Assembly: GCF_041146345.1 (NCBI RefSeq)
Contig: NW_027191415.1
Span: 930,001-994,000, forward strand
From: Neodothiora populina
Lineage: Eukaryota
DNA: 64,000 bases
Direction: 5' to 3'
Shown here: positions 60,394 to 64,000 of the stretch, piece after piece
Layout of the letters: each line of letters starts with the position of its first letter
Numbering within the stretch: position 1 is the first letter of the stretch
Notes under the pieces: generated by a model
Database searches by the model: none
What the model saw: only the letters and a program-made list of their open reading frames with translations
Told to the model about the DNA's origin: nothing
Position numbers and translations under genes: made by a program

Positions 60394-63169
60394 TCAATGC
60401 ACGAACATCTCAATCGAGATCTCATTAGACCATCCAGCTTCAAGACCCATCTCCTTCCAAGCCCGCTCGAGATCGACCTCAAGTACTTCATCACAACTTT
60501 CACTCCTGCGCACCACGTGCCTCGGCACAGGCTTACCGAAGATCAACAGCATCATATCGTTCTCGATTGATCGCTGTCCGAGATCTGAAATCCACAGACC
60601 GAGTACGCCAAAGGCTTTGAGACTGATCCAGAGGCGAAGTCGTCCGGATTCTTCGACGTAGGCGTCTGAGCCTGCTATCGCAGCGACGCCAGTCATTTTG
60701 CCCAGAAGACCCAGGAAGGCCACTGAGATATCGCCCTGTTTGTGTGCAAAGTGTCGCAGAGGGTGTGCAGTCAGGATGTCCCACCCTTGGACGCCGACAT
60801 TCACACCGACGAACGCAGATGGCTCGCCACGTGACATGGGCTTCGAGACGGTGCCGTCGAAGGCTCTTACGATGTATTTGCCTTCTTCTGTGCCTGGAAA
60901 GTCGTCGAGCTGAATAAACTCCGTGAGTGGTCTTTCGACACAGTTGAAGATGCCGAGGATACCGCTGCCTGTCTTTGCGTAGCCGTTGAAGGTGCCGACT
61001 CTCAGTAGGACTTGGTCGTGATAGTCGGCATAGGCGTCCATGGACTTTCCAACTACGGAAGGCCTGAGGATGACAGTTGTGCCGCGCGGTGTTTCGGCAG
61101 TCATTTGGTTGATCAGCTTGATGTCGTGTTTGCCAGGCTCGTCGGTGAAGTATATAGGCCCTCCGGAGACACATCTAGCTGCGCCGTGGAAGCTAGCCCA
61201 AGGGTGGTCGGTCTGGAACATGTCCCAGTCAGGCAGCACGTTGAGATGTTGGGTGAGTAGTGAGTTGTGGGCGTTGCAAAAGATATGCCAGGGGTGTGAT
61301 GCTGGCACTTCGGGGAAGAAGTCATCCGAGTTGCGAACAAGTAGCCTGGGCTTGTTGGTGGGGAGCTGGGTGTGAAACAGGATCTGTGGTGTCTGAGACA
61401 TGCAAGAGATCGCGCGAGAGGAAAAGTGCCGAAGATATGCGATGGTCCAAGAATCTTGGTATTCTTTGATCAACCTCCGTCGGTCAGGAGCGTGCAAAAG
61501 CATATCCAGAAAGAACTGAGCGTCAGTCTTCACCGAGTCTATGCCTGCATCACTCAAAAAGGCGTAGAAGTCGTTGTACATGCGCTGGACATCCGACTCG
61601 TCGACGACCACCATCTGGCCTTCTGCCACTCCTTTCTCCTTTTCCACAGTAATGGTCTTGTATCTCTTTGCGATGTTTCCGTCCTTGGCAACACCACCCC
61701 AGTAACCGAGAATCGCGTGCCACACAGCAATGTGTTTGATCTGTGGGTGGTCTTTGCGGATATCCTGGACTGTCGACTTCAGTCCACGGGGAAAGCCCGT
61801 CTTATTTGCATCGAAGTCGATCCAAGCCTTTTCGAATTGACTATTTCCGTCAGTCAATGACTGCCAGTTGTCGTCGATGATCAGATTGCTGATGGTGATC
61901 CCCTCGTTCTTCAGTGACTTGAGAGCCGTCTGAATCTTGTCTTCGCTAAGATTCTGTCCGAGTCCGTTCCAAGTACAGTACGTGAATCCATCATACCATT
62001 CCTCAAGCCACTCTGGTTTCACATTGTCGTCCACCAATGCCTTGACCTCCTTTTGCACTTCTCCACTCTCATCTTCGTAGCCTGCAACGATCCTTCGTGC
62101 ATGATACATGACTGCGGCATTTGCCACTTCGAAGGACGACGCAACAGCCACGATGACACGAGCGGTGCCCTCTTTCTCCCTGTCATTGCGACCCCGAATT
62201 ATGACGTTCCCATGGCCATCGTGAGTAAAGACGGTGAGTACATCATCCAGTCCACTAACAGCAAGACATACCACGTGTGCACCATCGTTACGAAGGAAGG
62301 AAGCAAGAACGGCGTCCTTGTCGGGATCAAACCGGGTTTTGCCTTGGCGGGGTGCTAACCATGGGCTCCAAAGTCGGACGAGCGAGAACCAGCGCGTGTA
62401 GTCCCTCGGCAGACCCAGTCTGTAATTGCTATAGCCCGAGTCTTGACCTTTTGCAGAGTTGACACGAGCGGTGATAGAATACAGCTTGGTCTGTGGAGTA
62501 TCTGCAGATTCTCTGTGGATGGTAAGATCTGTACTCATTCCTTGAAAGAGACCTGTGAAATCGAGGTCTTCATGTTCACGCTGGAAGAAGATCGTGCCAT
62601 CAGCAGTGCCACTGTGATCATTCACCCATTTCCAACCGCTCTGGCCACCAGTCTGGAATTTGATAGTGAAAGAAACTGGAAATGGTCCTGTAGATTGACG
62701 AGACAGATCCCCAGTGAACCAGGCGTGCGCAGCCTGACGAGAGTTGACAAGAACCTGCAGGGTCAGCAGGATAATTGAGCTGTATCAAAGGGGTCAAGAC
62801 CTACTGTATCTTTGAGATCATCTGTGCGTCTCAAGGGTAAGTCGACCCATTCATGTCGACCTTGATCGTGCCAGACAGTGACTTTGACATCGCGATCATC
62901 GACTATAGTTGATCGTAAATCAGCTTATGGGCCATGGTGGTATTATGTATATTCTTCGGAATTTGGGCACCAACAACATGATGAGGATGGGTATGAGATA
63001 TATCTACGTACCAGAGGTTGAATTGGTCTCAAGTAGGACGGAGAAGCGGATCTGCTATGCTCAGTACGAAGAGAGGTCAAGAGCTTAGCTGGACACATAC
63101 GGAATCTTGACCTATCGCCACAGTCTTGGTTCGCCCGATTGGCGGCACACATGTGATGTTTGCGAACAT
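60394..63169 (-). CDS. Raffinose synthase / Sip1-type alpha-galactosidase (GH36-related)
   Basis: Exons 63169-63101, 63051-63012, 62902-62805 and about 62755-60394. N-terminus MFANITCVPPIG; GFTYCTWN, LIIDDNWQ, VWHAILGYWGG, SVKTDAQ, RNSDDFFP, PDWDMFQT, GGPIYFTD. Confidence 0.92.
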
Positions 63170-64000
63170 ATCAAGGTCAGCACTTTGCTGTGATGACAGA
63201 ATCTTCTCAGGAATGGTGTCAGATAATGCAGGATAGACTCGCTGGCCAGAGTTCAGATCACAGTACCCGAAGGTGATACCCTTCTGCTTCTGTTTGGGCA
63301 TAGCATTAAAGATTGTACATGAGTGACGACACGAGAAGAGCTAGATTAGGACAGTGGTATAGGAATGATCTCGGATAGTAGATAATGGACGTACACCGTA
63401 CTGTGCACGTTTGCTAATGTTCAAGGTAAGGTAAGGTACGGTAAGATGAGCTACTCAGGTGTTTCGACTGGCGGAGATGTCGTCATGAACTAACACCTTA
63501 AGTCCGCTTTGGTTAATGATTTCCCCAGACGTGCAGTGCTCGTTTGTCAAAGGTGATTTCAAGCATAAGAACCTAGATGTGGAAAGGCTATACAAGTCTG
63601 GGCTCCACTTTTGAACACCAGAATAGAGACTTTCGAGGTCAATGGACTTTGAAACATTGACATGGTTGATAGAAATCGACAATACACAGAAATACGGTCG
63701 CTGGATTCGTCAAGCTCATTTCTGGGTCAATTGATAGACATGCTACCGGAACACAGCAATGAAGGTCTGGCACAGGTCGGCCAACACAACAGCGTTACAG
63801 TGCGTAAACGGGCATGGTGGAGTTGCAGAGTGCTAGTAAGGTACGGACTTTTGTGTTCTATCGGTCAAAGACAAGATGATTCAAGTAAGGTATGCTGTAT
63901 AAGATATATCAAAGTGCCAAGTGATGTAGTGGGGGAAAGGGCTCCGAGGCTGCCCCACGTCGGGTCGCGGGATTCTGGCGTCAGGTCAATAAAGCAGGAA

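Overview
Gene-dense DNA from a filamentous ascomycete (Pezizomycotina). The short GT-AG introns carry CTRAC/CTAAT branch sites, so the ORF track splits most genes, and I rebuilt the exon structures by hand. About 24 protein-coding genes are supported. Housekeeping genes: Trm734/WDR6 (truncated by the window edge), UTP4, a SUR7-family protein, PNG1, a G1/S cyclin, GPI17, an Atg28-like protein, SPT5, MAP1 and BNA4. Enzymes and transporters: two alpha/beta hydrolases, a phytase, a beta-lactamase-family esterase, an MFS transporter, a PLP aminotransferase and a Sip1/GH36 enzyme. The best candidate for an undescribed system is a three-gene module at 38.6-44.5 kb: a membrane-anchored multicopper oxidase retaining Fet3-type acidic metal-binding residues, a divergently transcribed secreted acid phosphatase, and a divergent VIT1/CCC1 metal transporter, with no Ftr1 permease. 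An accessory-looking block at 53-60 kb holds a hemerythrin-domain gene, an intronless bacterial-type DUF885 gene and two probable gene relics. Other points: PNG1 has Val in place of its catalytic Cys, and the cyclin appears to have a long intron-containing leader with clustered SCB-like sites upstream. I recognised no tRNA, rRNA, CRISPR array or intact transposon. All family assignments come from motif recognition, not database searches.
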